64,000 nt of DNA, from the NCBI GenBank assembly GCA_963803805.1, contig CAWDOD010000002.1, forward strand, positions 64,001 through 128,000, given 5' to 3'. Shown piece by piece: positions 42,101 through 53,174 of the stretch. A model generated the notes under the pieces. It was not told the DNA's origin. It did no database searches and worked only from the letters and a program-made list of their open reading frames with translations. Within the stretch, counting starts at the first letter, position 1; each line of letters begins with the position of its first letter. The DNA is from an uncultured cyanobacterium (GTDB taxonomy: Bacteria; Cyanobacteriota; Cyanobacteriia; Cyanobacteriales; CAWCAG01). The position numbers and the translations under genes are program-made.

Positions 42101-44054
42101 AATTCAAGAACAACTACGCCAAGCCAAAGAACACCTAGAGTTGCGAGTAGAAGAACGCACTGCAGATTTATATGAAAGTCAAGAAAGATTATCTTTGTTT
42201 ATCCAACACGTTCCAAGTGCGATCGCTATGTTTGATTCCCGAATGTGTTACTTAGCTACTAGTCGCCGTTGGCTGATTGATTATAACCTTTCCCAAGAAG
42301 ATATTATTGGCCGCTCCCACTACGATGTTTTTCCCGAAATTCCTGAACGTTGGCAAGAAGATTACCGCGAGGTTCTCCAAGGAGGAACTGTCAAATCAGA
42401 AGAAGATAGCTTTGTTCGTGAAAATGGTGATATAGATTGGCTACGCTATGAACTTCGTCCTTGGTTTACCAAAGAAGGGACAATTGGCGGTTTGATTATG
42501 TTCACAGAAGTAATCACAGAAATGAAACAGGCAAAAGAAGCTTTACGCCAAGCTAACTTAGAATTGGAACAAAGGGTTAGTGGGCGTACCGCAGAACTTG
42601 AGGCAGCTAAAGATAAAGCGGAGGCTGCTGATCGGGCAAAGAGTGCTTTTATTGCCCATATGAGCCATGAGTTACGCACTCCCTTGAATGGGGTTTTAGG
42701 ATTTGCTCAAATTCTCAAACGAGATTCGACTTTAACCCCGAAGCAATTTAACGGTATTGACATTATTCAAAAATCTGGCAGCCATTTACTAACTTTAATT
42801 GAAGACATTCTTTATATTGCTAAAATCGAAGCGGGTAAATTGGAATTACAGAAGAGTGAGTTTCATTTCCCCTCTTTTCTCGATAACCTCATTGCTTTAA
42901 TTAGCGTCCGTGCCGAACAAAAGGGCATTGCTTTTAATTATCAAGCTCTTTCTGGACTACCTACCACTATAAAAACAGATGAAACTCGCCTGCGGCAAAT
43001 TCTTCTTAATTTACTTGGTAATGCCGTTAAATTCACCCTAACTGGCGGTGTTGTTTTTAAAGTTGGTTATTTAACTAGTTTTGAACCAGATACGAAAACT
43101 ACTAATTCACCTAGCATTATCAGATTTTATATTGAAGATACAGGGCCCGGTATTCCCCCAGAGAAGTTAGAAGAAATATTTTTACCTTTTCAGCAAATAG
43201 TAGATAGCCATATCCCCAATAAAGGCACAGGATTAGGTTTAACTATTAGTCAAAATATTGCTGAACAAATGGGCAGTGAAATTCAAGTAACTAGCCAATT
43301 AGAAAAGGGTAGTAGCTTTTGGTTTGATCTAGAGATTCCTGAAGTTGCGGGTAATACTGTGGGGGACGAAGGGGCATTCCCTCCTACAAGTCCTCAAATG
43401 AAAGGATATAAGGGAAAAAGACATAAAATCTTGATAGCAGATGATCAACCTAATAATCGTGCTGTTTTAGTTAATTTACTAAGTCCTTTGGGTTTTGAGA
43501 TATCAGAAGTAAGTAATGGTGCAGAAGCTTTAACCAAAGCCAAAGAATTTCAGCCAGATTTAATTTTATTAGATTTAGTAATGCCAGTTTTAGATGGCTT
43601 TGAAGTAGCCAGAAGATTGCAACAGGAGCCTACTTTGCAAGATAAAATAGTCTTTGCTATTTCCGCTAGCGCTCTTCCTAAAGACGAGTCTTATAGTTAT
43701 CGAGCTGGTTGCCATGCTTTTTTACCCAAACCAGTTAACTTCGACCAACTTTTAGAGTTAATTCAAACTCATTTAGAATTGGAATGGAGTTATGGTGAAA
43801 ATACGCTCTTAATTTCCCCTCAAGAAGAACCTAGGGAAAAAACCTCTTTCCCTACTTGCCCTAACCAGGAAGTGACAGTTTTATTGTTCGATTTAGCTAA
43901 ACGAGGGGATATCAGAGGCATCTTGGAGCAAGCTACTCAGTTAGAACAACAAGATGAGAAATTTATTCACTTCGCCAATGAAGTTAGCCAGCTAGCCCAA
44001 AGCTTTCAAATTCAGAAATTACAACAATTCTTACGTAAGTGTAGAGAATTATAA
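39111..44054 (+). CDS. CheB-CheR-PAS hybrid histidine kinase with receiver
   Basis: CheB GASAGG/QHL/GSDG; Che[36 protein letters not shown] coil; PAS domains; SHELRTPL; HATPase; REC DLVMP. Confidence 0.92.
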   Translation: MSKSESDHSSSLSSQDSKKFFVVGVGASAGGLRALEEFFENMPTDSGAAFITIQHLSPDFKSLMKELLERHTEMSIHKVEDGMRLQSNSIYLIPPGQNLVVEEEQLRLQKREDKIYHRPNFPIDLFFKSLGKNYQERAIGVVLSGTGSDGTQGLRDIHEAGGITLVQEPSTAEFDGMPRSAIATGVINRILSPRDLAETIYQFLKSPTNPDKFSQQQALSSNSPELQNITSLLARYKQVDFSHYKSNTLSRRIHRRCLITGCTTIEEYIELLEISAEEREILRGDLLIGVTNFFRDRPAWDFLAKNVIDNLLKQAESGQELRFWITACSTGEEAYSLAILVDEAISKFNKRVKVKIFATDINRLALEKAAQGVYPENIANEINQERLAKYFTPKEEGFQVSRKLREMLIFAPHDLTKDAGFTRIHIISCRNVLIYMQPQLQQQVLRNLHLALTVKGTLFLGESETLGDFNEEFVTLHKTWKLYQKKRDVRLNLPLRGVEKLGTNMVNPPSEKKISTSRREPVLEAALNLVLEQQKSTCLLVNNENQVLYLFEDLANVLKLPTGELSRDVNKLVISALKLPLNTALHRAKKEKKPILYTGIKLDQEDDSRRVNLKVSRNKTNKLAGDFLMVTITENNQSPPSKLVGESFEADAETAQRITELEEELQHSSENLQAVIEELETTNEEQQATNEELIASNEELQSTNEELHSVNEELYSVNREYQAKIQQLTQLNDDVDNLLSSIDIGVVFLDKDLKIRKFTSAATEAINLVEADIGRPLKHLSHNMDCNNLLEMLQEVVEIEEPLAKEVKLVETDTNLLLRIHPYRQNEGFSDGIVLTFVDIDDIKKAEEALKQAEEDLRRANESLERRVEERTAALQESKERFQATFEQAAVGIAHVSLEGKWLRVNGRICDIIGYTPEELLQLTFQDITHPDDLEADLGYVKQMLAGEINNYSMDKRYIHKNGVEVWICLTVSLVKTKTGKAKYFISVVEDINERRQIQEQLRQAKEHLELRVEERTADLYESQERLSLFIQHVPSAIAMFDSRMCYLATSRRWLIDYNLSQEDIIGRSHYDVFPEIPERWQEDYREVLQGGTVKSEEDSFVRENGDIDWLRYELRPWFTKEGTIGGLIMFTEVITEMKQAKEALRQANLELEQRVSGRTAELEAAKDKAEAADRAKSAFIAHMSHELRTPLNGVLGFAQILKRDSTLTPKQFNGIDIIQKSGSHLLTLIEDILYIAKIEAGKLELQKSEFHFPSFLDNLIALISVRAEQKGIAFNYQALSGLPTTIKTDETRLRQILLNLLGNAVKFTLTGGVVFKVGYLTSFEPDTKTTNSPSIIRFYIEDTGPGIPPEKLEEIFLPFQQIVDSHIPNKGTGLGLTISQNIAEQMGSEIQVTSQLEKGSSFWFDLEIPEVAGNTVGDEGAFPPTSPQMKGYKGKRHKILIADDQPNNRAVLVNLLSPLGFEISEVSNGAEALTKAKEFQPDLILLDLVMPVLDGFEVARRLQQEPTLQDKIVFAISASALPKDESYSYRAGCHAFLPKPVNFDQLLELIQTHLELEWSYGENTLLISPQEEPREKTSFPTCPNQEVTVLLFDLAKRGDIRGILEQATQLEQQDEKFIHFANEVSQLAQSFQIQKLQQFLRKCREL

Positions 44055-44257
44055 AAGCACATTGCTCCACTTTAAAAAAGAAAAATATACATCATATACA
44101 TTAATGTAAACACTAGCGCAAACCTTAAAGCGTCATAAATAGAAGATATACAGCTAGTAACTTGTAGAATTTAGTATCTTAACTACTGAGGCAATTTTAC
44201 TAAATCAACTTACTGAGTTGTTTTAACTAGGCTTAGGTAGGAATAAACTTTTAGTTT

Positions 44258-45502
44258 ATGGACGCAGTTTGGGATCAACTAACTCATAAAAAAGCCTTTC
44301 CAGAAATAGGTGTCGGTTTGTATAAACTTGATAAAGCTAATTCCGATGTTATCTTAATTGTGGATGATACTCCTAGCAATTTACAGGTTTTATTTGCTTG
44401 TTTAGAAAGTACAGGCTTTAAAGTCTTAGTGGCGCAAAATGGAGAAGATGCCCTACAAATAGCCACATCAGAAATTCCTGACTTAATATTATTAGATATA
44501 CTAATGCCAGGTATGGATGGCTTTGCTGTTTGCAGCCAATTGAAGGCTAATACTCAAACTGAACATATACCTGTTATTTTTATGACAGCCCTCACTGAGA
44601 CTATTAAAAAAGTTAAAGGTTTTGAAGTGGGGGGAATTGATTATATTACTAAACCTATTGAACAAGAAGAAGTTTTAGTTCGTATCCGTACCCATCTTAA
44701 ATTGCAAAAGATGCAACAGTATATCCAAGGGCAAAACGAACAACTTCAATCAGAAATTCATCGTCGCCAACAAGCAGAAGAAGAACTTGTTAAAGCATTA
44801 GATAAAGAACGGGAACTCAATCAACTTAAGTCCCACTTTATTGCTATGACTTCCCATCAATTTCGTACCCCTTTGACTACAATTCTCGGCGCTACAGAAT
44901 TACTTCAATCTTATAGCGATCGCCTTAGTTTAGAGAAGAAGAAAAATCATTTCAGCCGTATTAGAGATAATGTCGGACACATGACTCAAATGCTAGATGA
45001 TATCTTGCTTATTGGTCAAGATGAAGCAGAAGAGTTGAATTTTAATCCTACTCCTCTTAATGTCCTCGAATTATGTCAAAATTTGGTGGCAAATTTCCAA
45101 GATAGTAGCAAGAGTCAACCCATAATTGCTTTTACTCATCAAGGAGTTTGCACTGAAGATAGCAGTAAATGGCCTTTAGTAGATAAAAAAATTCTTAACC
45201 ACATCCTTGATAATTTACTCTCCAATGCTCTGAAATATTCACCAACCGATAGTCAAGTGGATTTTGTTTTAGAATGTCAAGCAGAGCAGATAACTTTTCA
45301 GATTAAAGACCGAGGAATGGGTATTCCTTTAGCAGATCAAAAACACCTTTTTGAACCATTTTATCGTGCTAGTAATACTGATTCGGTGCATGGTACAGGC
45401 TTAGGATTAACTATTGTCAAAAAAGCAGTGGATTTGCACGGTGGAAAAATCACTTTTGAAAGTAACCCCGGCATTGGTACTACTTTTACTGTTACAATTT
45501 AA
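44258..45502 (+). CDS. REC-HisKA-HATPase hybrid kinase
   Basis: [39 protein letters not shown]. Confidence 0.92.
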   Translation: MDAVWDQLTHKKAFPEIGVGLYKLDKANSDVILIVDDTPSNLQVLFACLESTGFKVLVAQNGEDALQIATSEIPDLILLDILMPGMDGFAVCSQLKANTQTEHIPVIFMTALTETIKKVKGFEVGGIDYITKPIEQEEVLVRIRTHLKLQKMQQYIQGQNEQLQSEIHRRQQAEEELVKALDKERELNQLKSHFIAMTSHQFRTPLTTILGATELLQSYSDRLSLEKKKNHFSRIRDNVGHMTQMLDDILLIGQDEAEELNFNPTPLNVLELCQNLVANFQDSSKSQPIIAFTHQGVCTEDSSKWPLVDKKILNHILDNLLSNALKYSPTDSQVDFVLECQAEQITFQIKDRGMGIPLADQKHLFEPFYRASNTDSVHGTGLGLTIVKKAVDLHGGKITFESNPGIGTTFTVTI

Positions 45503-45850
45503 GACAAGATTCTTACAACCAAAGCCACATTTTGTCAACAGGGGATTAAATTTAGTCCCAAAAATAAGTAATTGTATTATAAATTGTAGTATTGCAAATT
45601 TTCTGTCCCAAAGCTGTTTGATTTCAGTCAAAGCCCCATTTTACATCGATTTTGCTCAGTTAAAGATGGCTTTAGGCACAGAAAAGCCCAATATATCATT
45701 GTTTATAAATCTTGATTAATTCTATTACAAAAGAAACCCCTGTCAATACCTTGTTAAATCGTTCTCAACATAACTTCATAAAGATGCTCAAAAATTTCTG
45801 AAGTTTAAATGGTTTAAACCTTGACTACAAGAAAGGAAAGTTTTACTTAT

Positions 45851-45989
<139 letters not shown>

Positions 45990-46337
45990 GCTTCGGAGTT
46001 GGAAAGAATTTGATAAGTTTGGAGCTAACTTATCTAACAGAATCACTGTCGCTGATATGAGTTCGCGGAGCATTGCTGTAGGCTTATCGGTCTTAGATAA
46101 TAAAATGCTGTCCCTATAGAATAAAGTAGGACTTACGCAGTGAGTCGAATTTAGTATCAAATAGAATTGCTATAGATACTTGGTGCTTTTGATACAACTT
46201 GAGGATTACTTACAAATAATACACAGATAGAGAATTATTTGAAGCTAACATGAAAGAACTTACATTACAAGTAACTCTTCGTCCTTTATAAAGATTAAGT
46301 TAGTTTTAAGTTGCTATAAGGAGAATCTCAAAAAATA

Positions 46338-49300
46338 ATGACAGCGAAACTGACAAAGCAAATTAGTCAGTTAAGAGCAACTCTAGGCACTATGGAAGTC
46401 GCATTAGGAGAAGTGGGGGATGCTATTACCTGGACTGACGCACTCGGTCGTATACAGTGGTGTAATGCCGCTTTTGCTGACTTAGTTGGGCAACCCCACA
46501 TAACTATTTTAGGTACTCCTTTAACTGAATTATTACCTTTAACTAAGGGAAGCGAATCCGTTAAACCAGAATTTCATCCCCTTAATCAAGCATTAAAAAA
46601 GCAAACTAAAGGCAAAGAATGTTACGAATATAATCGTCATGACAAGATAATTAGCTTAGAAATATCTTGGTCATACTTGCATATTAATAACTCTACTGAA
46701 CCAAAGGAAACAATTAGGACGGTTATTGTCATCCGCGACATCACAACCTACCAACAAGTAGAAGATATTTTACAATGTCGAGTAGCCCAACGAACGAAGG
46801 AATTAACCCTTGCCAACGAACAACTACAACGAGAAAAAGATTATTTTAGCGCTACATTTGACCGTGCTGCGATAGGCATTGCTCGTATTAGTTTAGAGGG
46901 GAAGTTTCTACGGGTTAATCCGAAACTTTGCCAAATTGTTAATTACTCTCAAGAAGAACTTAAGCAAAAGACTTTTATTGATATTAGCTACCCTGAAGAT
47001 TTAGAGTTGGATAGAGAATATGTAGGGCAATTACTAGCAGGGAAAATCTCTACCTATTGTCGAGAAAAAAGATATCAAACCAAAGATGGTTCCCTGATTT
47101 GGGTCAAGGTAACAGTCTCTTTAGTTTACCAAACTTCTGGTCAGCCGGACTATTTTATTTCAATCATCGAAGATATTAGCTTGCATAAACAATCTGAGCA
47201 AGCAATTCGTACCACAACCTCACGACTCACTGCCTTAATTAAAAATCTGCAAGCGGGGGTACTATTAACCAATGAATCTGGCAAAGTCATCTTAGCTAAC
47301 CAGAAATTTTGTCATCTTTTTCAAATTACAGTTTCTCCCGAAGAATTGATTAATCTAGACTGTCTGGAAATTGCTCAAAATACCCACCAAGTTTTAGTTA
47401 ATCCTCAAGAATATATTGCCAGAATTGAAACTATTATTGCTCAGCAGCAAATTGTCATCAACGAAGAGTTAAACTTAGTTGATGGCAGAACTGTTGAGCG
47501 TAATTATGTACCGATTTTTATTGAAGAAAGTTACTATGGTCATCTCTGGCTCTATTGGGATACAACAGAACGTAAGCAGAGTCAAAAGTTATTACAAAAG
47601 CAGTATCAACAAACCCTATTATTAAAGCAAATTACCGAGGAAATTCGCCGCAGTTTAGATACAAAAAAAATTCTTCAAACTACAGTGACAGAAGTAAGTA
47701 AAGCTTTTGAGGTTAGCCGTTGTGTAATTTACAATTATCAAGAACAACCAACTTCTCAACTCAACTGTTTAGCTGAATCTTTAAATGGTGAGTATAGCTC
47801 AATTCTAGATATAAATATCCCAGTTGCAGATGATGCCTTCGCCCAACAAGTTTTTGCCTGTGACAAAGCTGTTGCTGCCGATGATGTTTATCAAAATCCT
47901 CGACTTAAGTCATCTGCTCAAATCTGCCGTCAAGTAGACTTAAAATCGATTTTAGCTGTCCGTACTTCCTATCAAGGTAAACATAATGGCGTACTTGCTT
48001 TACATCAATGCGATCGCTTCCGCCACTGGAGTCGTGAAGAAATTGAACTCTTAGAAGCGGTTGCCAGCCAAGTAGGTATCGCCCTTGCCCAAGCTAGACT
48101 CCTAGAACAAGAAACTAGACACAAAAAAGCGGCTGAAGCTGCCAACAGAGCTAAAAGCGAATTTCTAGCCACTATGAGCCATGAAATACGCACTCCCATG
48201 AATGCTACCATCGGCATGACAGGAATCCTTTTAGATACGCCTTTATCCCCTCAACAAAAGGGTTATGTGGAAATTATCCGTAACAGTGGTGAAGCTTTAC
48301 TGGTAATTATTAATGATATCCTTGATTTTTCTAAAATTGAGTCAGGGAAACTAGAATTAGAAGAGCAACCCTTTGAATTGCAAGTCTGTCTAGAAAATGC
48401 TTTAGATTTAATTGCCCCAGAAGCAACAGAAAAAGGACTAGAGTTAGTTTATACCGTTGAGCCAAAGATTCCTACCCTTTTATTAGGAGATGTGACAAGG
48501 CTACGCCAAATCTTAGTTAATCTCCTCAGTAATGCTCTCAAATTTACCGCTACAGGAGAGATTGTGGTAGTAGTTTCCCTAGTTGAACAAAGCCAGGATA
48601 ATCTGTATACCATTCAATTTAGCGTCAAAGATACCGGTATTGGTATTTCTGGTGAACAACAGCAACGCCTCTTTAAATCTTTTAGTCAAGTTGATACCTC
48701 TACAACCCGTGAATATGGCGGTACAGGTTTAGGTTTAGCCATCAGCAAGCGTTTAACGGAAATGATGGGAGGTTGTATGTGGGTTGAAAGTGAACTTGGG
48801 GTTGGCTCAACTTTTTATTTTACAACTTCATTTCCCTTAGCGCCTGCTTCCGGGGCAAGTAATCGCCATGGTTGCGAGACGAATTTAGTCGGGAAACGTC
48901 TGCTTATTGTGGATGATAATGCTATCAATCGCCAATTTTTAACCCACCTTACCCAAGCTTGGGGTTTAGTAGCGATAACTGCTGCTTCTGGTTTAGCAGC
49001 CCTGGATTTACTCAAAGAAGATGATGGCTTTGATTTATTAATTTTTGACTTGCGAATGCCGAAAATGGATGGTTTTCACCTTGCTAAAGCTGTTCGCTGT
49101 CTCCCAACTTATCAACAAGCACCGATTATCATGATTACAGCTTTAGGTTTAGTGGCTAAAGATGTAGATCCCCATCGAGAAGTTAACTTTGCTGCCTGGT
49201 TGCAAAATCCAGTAAAAAAGTCCCGACTTTATGAAGCAATCGTTGATATTTTTGCTCAACCTGCAACACCTGAATTTAGCTCTAGGGAATCGGAAACTGC

Positions 49301-50132
49301 TTTGAGGAAAGTTTACCGCCCAGTAAAAAATTCTGAACCAGAAACAAGCTTTCCCCCCCTACCACTAAAAATACTCTTAGCTGAAGATAATCGAGTTAAC
49401 CAGCAAGTAGCTCTTTTAATTTTAGAAAAATTAGGCTATCGAGCAGATGTTGTTAGTAATGGGCAGGAAGTTTTGAAAGCCCTTCAGCGATGTAATTATG
49501 ACCTTATTTTAATGGATGTGGAAATGCCCCAAATGGATGGCTTCACTGCCGCACGTCTAATTTGTCAAGGCTGGGGAATCCATGAGCGCCCCCAGATTGT
49601 TGCTGTGACAGCCTACGCTATGCAAGGAGACAAAGAAAAATGCTTGCAAGCAGGGATGGATGGTTATGTTAGCAAGCCGATTCGCGAGTCAGAGTTACAG
49701 CCGCTCTTACAACAAGCTAGCCTCATAGCTAGAGAAAAACAACTGGATTTCAAGAAAAATAGTTCAGTCCTTACTTCCTTTCAAGTTATAGACTATCAAG
49801 TTTTGGATTCTCTAAAAAAGCTGGGTAGAGCCAAAGCCAAAGGCATTTTGACGACAATTATTGAGCAGTATTTTGAAGATGCCCCCCAAAACATTGCTAA
49901 AATACATACTGCCATTGCCCAAGGGGACTGTCAAACTCTTCGTCATGCCAGCCATAGTTTGCGCTCAAGCAGTGCTAATTTGGGGGCAGTTGTCCTCTCT
50001 CAATATTGTCAAGATATAGAAGATATAGCTCGTCAAGGAAGTACACAAATTTCTTCTCAACAGCTTATGCAGATTGAGGCGGAGTATGAGAAAGTTAAAA
50101 AAGCTTTGCAATCGGAATGTCAGAATGGGTGA
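46338..50132 (+). CDS. PAS-PAS-PAS-GAF hybrid histidine kinase with two receivers and Hpt
   Basis: [27 protein letters not shown] and DVEMP, Hpt [14 protein letters not shown]. Confidence 0.92.
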   Translation: MTAKLTKQISQLRATLGTMEVALGEVGDAITWTDALGRIQWCNAAFADLVGQPHITILGTPLTELLPLTKGSESVKPEFHPLNQALKKQTKGKECYEYNRHDKIISLEISWSYLHINNSTEPKETIRTVIVIRDITTYQQVEDILQCRVAQRTKELTLANEQLQREKDYFSATFDRAAIGIARISLEGKFLRVNPKLCQIVNYSQEELKQKTFIDISYPEDLELDREYVGQLLAGKISTYCREKRYQTKDGSLIWVKVTVSLVYQTSGQPDYFISIIEDISLHKQSEQAIRTTTSRLTALIKNLQAGVLLTNESGKVILANQKFCHLFQITVSPEELINLDCLEIAQNTHQVLVNPQEYIARIETIIAQQQIVINEELNLVDGRTVERNYVPIFIEESYYGHLWLYWDTTERKQSQKLLQKQYQQTLLLKQITEEIRRSLDTKKILQTTVTEVSKAFEVSRCVIYNYQEQPTSQLNCLAESLNGEYSSILDINIPVADDAFAQQVFACDKAVAADDVYQNPRLKSSAQICRQVDLKSILAVRTSYQGKHNGVLALHQCDRFRHWSREEIELLEAVASQVGIALAQARLLEQETRHKKAAEAANRAKSEFLATMSHEIRTPMNATIGMTGILLDTPLSPQQKGYVEIIRNSGEALLVIINDILDFSKIESGKLELEEQPFELQVCLENALDLIAPEATEKGLELVYTVEPKIPTLLLGDVTRLRQILVNLLSNALKFTATGEIVVVVSLVEQSQDNLYTIQFSVKDTGIGISGEQQQRLFKSFSQVDTSTTREYGGTGLGLAISKRLTEMMGGCMWVESELGVGSTFYFTTSFPLAPASGASNRHGCETNLVGKRLLIVDDNAINRQFLTHLTQAWGLVAITAASGLAALDLLKEDDGFDLLIFDLRMPKMDGFHLAKAVRCLPTYQQAPIIMITALGLVAKDVDPHREVNFAAWLQNPVKKSRLYEAIVDIFAQPATPEFSSRESETALRKVYRPVKNSEPETSFPPLPLKILLAEDNRVNQQVALLILEKLGYRADVVSNGQEVLKALQRCNYDLILMDVEMPQMDGFTAARLICQGWGIHERPQIVAVTAYAMQGDKEKCLQAGMDGYVSKPIRESELQPLLQQASLIAREKQLDFKKNSSVLTSFQVIDYQVLDSLKKLGRAKAKGILTTIIEQYFEDAPQNIAKIHTAIAQGDCQTLRHASHSLRSSSANLGAVVLSQYCQDIEDIARQGSTQISSQQLMQIEAEYEKVKKALQSECQNG

Positions 50133-51069
50133 AACTAGCACAGTTTTTCAGCAAGAAAGTCCTTTAATTTTAGTAATTGATGATGATCGTTCTATGAGGA
50201 CACTTCTTAATTTGGCGATGGAAGAAGAAGGCTACCGGGTTATGGATGCCAAAGATGGAGAGCAGGGAATTAGGGAATATCGCCGCTGTCAACCAGATAT
50301 GGTACTTCTTGATGCGGTTATGCCAGGAATGGATGGTTTTACCTGTTGTCAGAGAATTAGGGAACTTCCGGGAGGCGATCGCACACCAATTTTGATGATT
50401 ACGGTGCTTGATGATCAAGATTCTGTGGATCAAGCTTTTGAAGCTGGCACTACTGATTACATTACTAAGCCAATTCACTGGGCTGTACTTTCTCAAAGGG
50501 TACAACGTCTCCTTTTGGCTTATCAAGCTTTCAAAGAAGCCCAAGAAGCAAAGTCTCAGTTACGTCAGCACCAAGGCTGGCAAGAGTTATTTAAAAGTAT
50601 TATTGAGGAGTTAAGTTCAGTAGAGAACCTTGAAGTAATACTAAACAATACAGTCACTAATTTACAGGTTTTATTGCAAGTCGAAAGGGTAGCCATACAA
50701 ACTCTAGACGGTAAATTAATTATAGAAGCCGTTGCTCCTAATTGCCTCCCTTTAACAGAGTTATCTTTACTAGATCCTATTTTACAAGAATATTATGGCC
50801 AAAATTATCATCAAGGAGAAATCATTGCTATTGATAAGATATCAGAAGCAAGATTTCCAGAAGAAGTAGTTACAAGCTTTGAAAAAAGCGCAGTAAAGTC
50901 TTTGTTATTTGTCCCCATTTTAGTTGCCGGAAAATTGTGGGGAGTTTTATTAATTCATAAATGTCTTGTTTTTCACACCTGGGAAAAAAATACTCAAGAA
51001 TATCTCGTTTATTTAAGCAAATTATTAGCGATCGCAGTTTACCAAGCTCAATTGAGTAGTAAGACTTAA
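50125..51069 (+). CDS. REC-GAF response regulator with no output domain
   Basis: [16 protein letters not shown], then a GAF ending [10 protein letters not shown]...W; ATG 50125 overlaps the upstream stop. Confidence 0.85.
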   Translation: MGETSTVFQQESPLILVIDDDRSMRTLLNLAMEEEGYRVMDAKDGEQGIREYRRCQPDMVLLDAVMPGMDGFTCCQRIRELPGGDRTPILMITVLDDQDSVDQAFEAGTTDYITKPIHWAVLSQRVQRLLLAYQAFKEAQEAKSQLRQHQGWQELFKSIIEELSSVENLEVILNNTVTNLQVLLQVERVAIQTLDGKLIIEAVAPNCLPLTELSLLDPILQEYYGQNYHQGEIIAIDKISEARFPEEVVTSFEKSAVKSLLFVPILVAGKLWGVLLIHKCLVFHTWEKNTQEYLVYLSKLLAIAVYQAQLSSKT

Positions 51070-51072
51070 ACC

Positions 51073-52017
51073 ATGAACAGCTATGCAATCCTTGGTACAG
51101 GTGCTATTGGAGGTTATTACGGTGCTTGTTTACAAAGAGCAGGAAAGGAAGTTCACTTTCTTTTAAATAGAGATTATCATCACGTCAAAAAGCAGGGTTT
51201 AGTTATTGAATCTATCAATGGCAACTTCACTTTATCTCAAGTAAAAGCTTATCAAGATGTGCAGCAAATGCCCACCTGTGACGTAATTGTTGTTGCCCTA
51301 AAAACCACCCAAAATCATCTTCTCCCTTACCTACTCCCCCCTTTATTAAAAGAAAATAGTACTATTTTATTATTACAAAATGGTTTAGGAGTAGAAGAAA
51401 AAATAGCCGAATTCGCCAATAGCCAAGCCATTATAGGAGGACTCTGTTTCGTTTGCTCCAATAAAACTGCACCAGGACATATTCGCCATTTAGACTACGG
51501 TTACATAACCATTGGTGCATATAATCCTAACTATCAAGCTGCTGGTATTACCAAAGAAATGGAGGAGATCGCCAAAGATTTTGCTAATGCAGCCATAGAA
51601 ATAAAATTTAGTCAAGACTTGCTTAAATCCCGGTGGCAAAAGTTAGTTTGGAACATACCCTATAATGGCTTATCAGTAGTTTTAGATGCAACAACTAAAC
51701 AAATAATGCTTGAAGAAAGTAGCCGTTGTTTAGTAGAGAAAATCATGACAGAAGTTGCAGCCGGAGCAAAGAGTGAAGGCAAAGAAATTACTAATGATTA
51801 TATTCAAACTATGTTGAATTATACCAAACAGATGAAACCCTATCATACTAGTATGAAGTTAGATTATGATAATCATCGTCCCTTAGAAATAGAGGCAATC
51901 GTTGGCAACCCTTTAAAACGTGCTGCTCATCAAGGAATAATTTTACCTAAGATTGAGATGCTCTACCAACAATTAAAATTTCTAGATACTGCCAACCGAC
52001 CGAATGTAGCTTATTAA
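51073..52017 (+). CDS. Ketopantoate reductase family protein (PanE/ApbA)
   Basis: GTGAIGGYYG, LQNGLG, WQKLVWN, TSMKLD, LEIEAI.GNP. Confidence 0.88.
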   Translation: MNSYAILGTGAIGGYYGACLQRAGKEVHFLLNRDYHHVKKQGLVIESINGNFTLSQVKAYQDVQQMPTCDVIVVALKTTQNHLLPYLLPPLLKENSTILLLQNGLGVEEKIAEFANSQAIIGGLCFVCSNKTAPGHIRHLDYGYITIGAYNPNYQAAGITKEMEEIAKDFANAAIEIKFSQDLLKSRWQKLVWNIPYNGLSVVLDATTKQIMLEESSRCLVEKIMTEVAAGAKSEGKEITNDYIQTMLNYTKQMKPYHTSMKLDYDNHRPLEIEAIVGNPLKRAAHQGIILPKIEMLYQQLKFLDTANRPNVAY

Positions 52018-52073
52018 CAACCAATATCTTGTTTGCCCTTGCTAGAGGCTAAAATGCTTAATGATAAATGACA

Positions 52074-53174
52074 TTAGGCCTTACCTAATGGTAAACTAAT
52101 CGTAAAAGTAGTACCTTCTTGTAACTCACTTTCTACAGAAATTGTGCCTCGATGAATTTCTGTAAGTTTTTTAACAATAGCCAAACCTAATCCTGTGCCA
52201 GGAATCTCGCCAACATTACTAGCTCTACGAAAGCTTTTAAAAAGTTCCTGTAAGTCTTGAGGAGGTATACCAATACCTTGATCTTGAATACAAAAAACTG
52301 CAAAATTATTATCACAACTCAAATAAAAATTAATAGGTTGATTATTAGGAGAATATTTAATTGCATTAGACAGTAAGTTCGTAAGAATCTGCCTCAGTAG
52401 TTTGGCATCCATATAAGCTTCCTGACAAGAATTTTTAAATACCAAGTTAATCGGTGATCTAGTTTGGAAAATAAGCTGTAACTCATCTACCAACTCTTGG
52501 CAAAACTCAACTAAGTTGAGATGATTAGGATTAAATCCTAAGCTACCAACTTCGGCTTTACCAATAATTAAAATGTCTTCAAGCAAATTATCCATTTGCC
52601 GAACAGCTTGTTGAATTTTGTGAATATATCTCAGCTTCTTTTCTTCTTCCCAAGTAGAACTAAAACTCTCTAGCAATTCTGCTGCTAAAGAAACCACAGA
52701 CAGAGGAGTACGTAAATCATGGGAAGTCATGGAAAGAAAGCGATGCTTCAACTGATTGATTTCTCTTTCTTTTTCTAAAGCTTGACGTACTTCTTTTTCC
52801 GCTTGATACCGACTCAATGCTATCTCAATAGTAGTTTGTAAATCACGTTCTTCAAAAGGTTTCACTACATAACCAAAAGGTTTAGTTTGTTTTACTCTTT
52901 GCAAAGTTTTGATATCGCTATGAGCGGTTAAGTATACAATGGGAATATGAAAAGCATCTTGAATTTGTTTCGCTGCTTCTACACCATCATATTTTCCTTT
53001 CAAGCTAATATCCATGATTACTAAATCTGGAGTAATTATTTGAGCCTTAGCAATAGCTTTTTCTCCAGAACTAATTACTGCTGGGACATCATAGCCCATA
53101 TCCTTAAGAGCTTTTCTAATCCCCATACCGACAATTGTTTCATCTTCAACTACTAAAATAGTCGTTGAACTCAT
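52074..53174 (-). CDS. REC-HisKA-HATPase hybrid kinase
   Basis: ILVVEDE, MDISLKG, SHDLRTPL, NLLSNAIKYS, GTGLGL. Confidence 0.92.
   Translation of the reverse strand: MSSTTILVVEDETIVGMGIRKALKDMGYDVPAVISSGEKAIAKAQIITPDLVIMDISLKGKYDGVEAAKQIQDAFHIPIVYLTAHSDIKTLQRVKQTKPFGYVVKPFEERDLQTTIEIALSRYQAEKEVRQALEKEREINQLKHRFLSMTSHDLRTPLSVVSLAAELLESFSSTWEEEKKLRYIHKIQQAVRQMDNLLEDILIIGKAEVGSLGFNPNHLNLVEFCQELVDELQLIFQTRSPINLVFKNSCQEAYMDAKLLRQILTNLLSNAIKYSPNNQPINFYLSCDNNFAVFCIQDQGIGIPPQDLQELFKSFRRASNVGEIPGTGLGLAIVKKLTEIHRGTISVESELQEGTTFTISLPLGKA

Noticed and set aside
45407-45719. ORFs 45414-45719 (+) and 45407-45631 (-)
   Set aside because: They overlap the kinase 3' end and show no recognisable motifs or RBS
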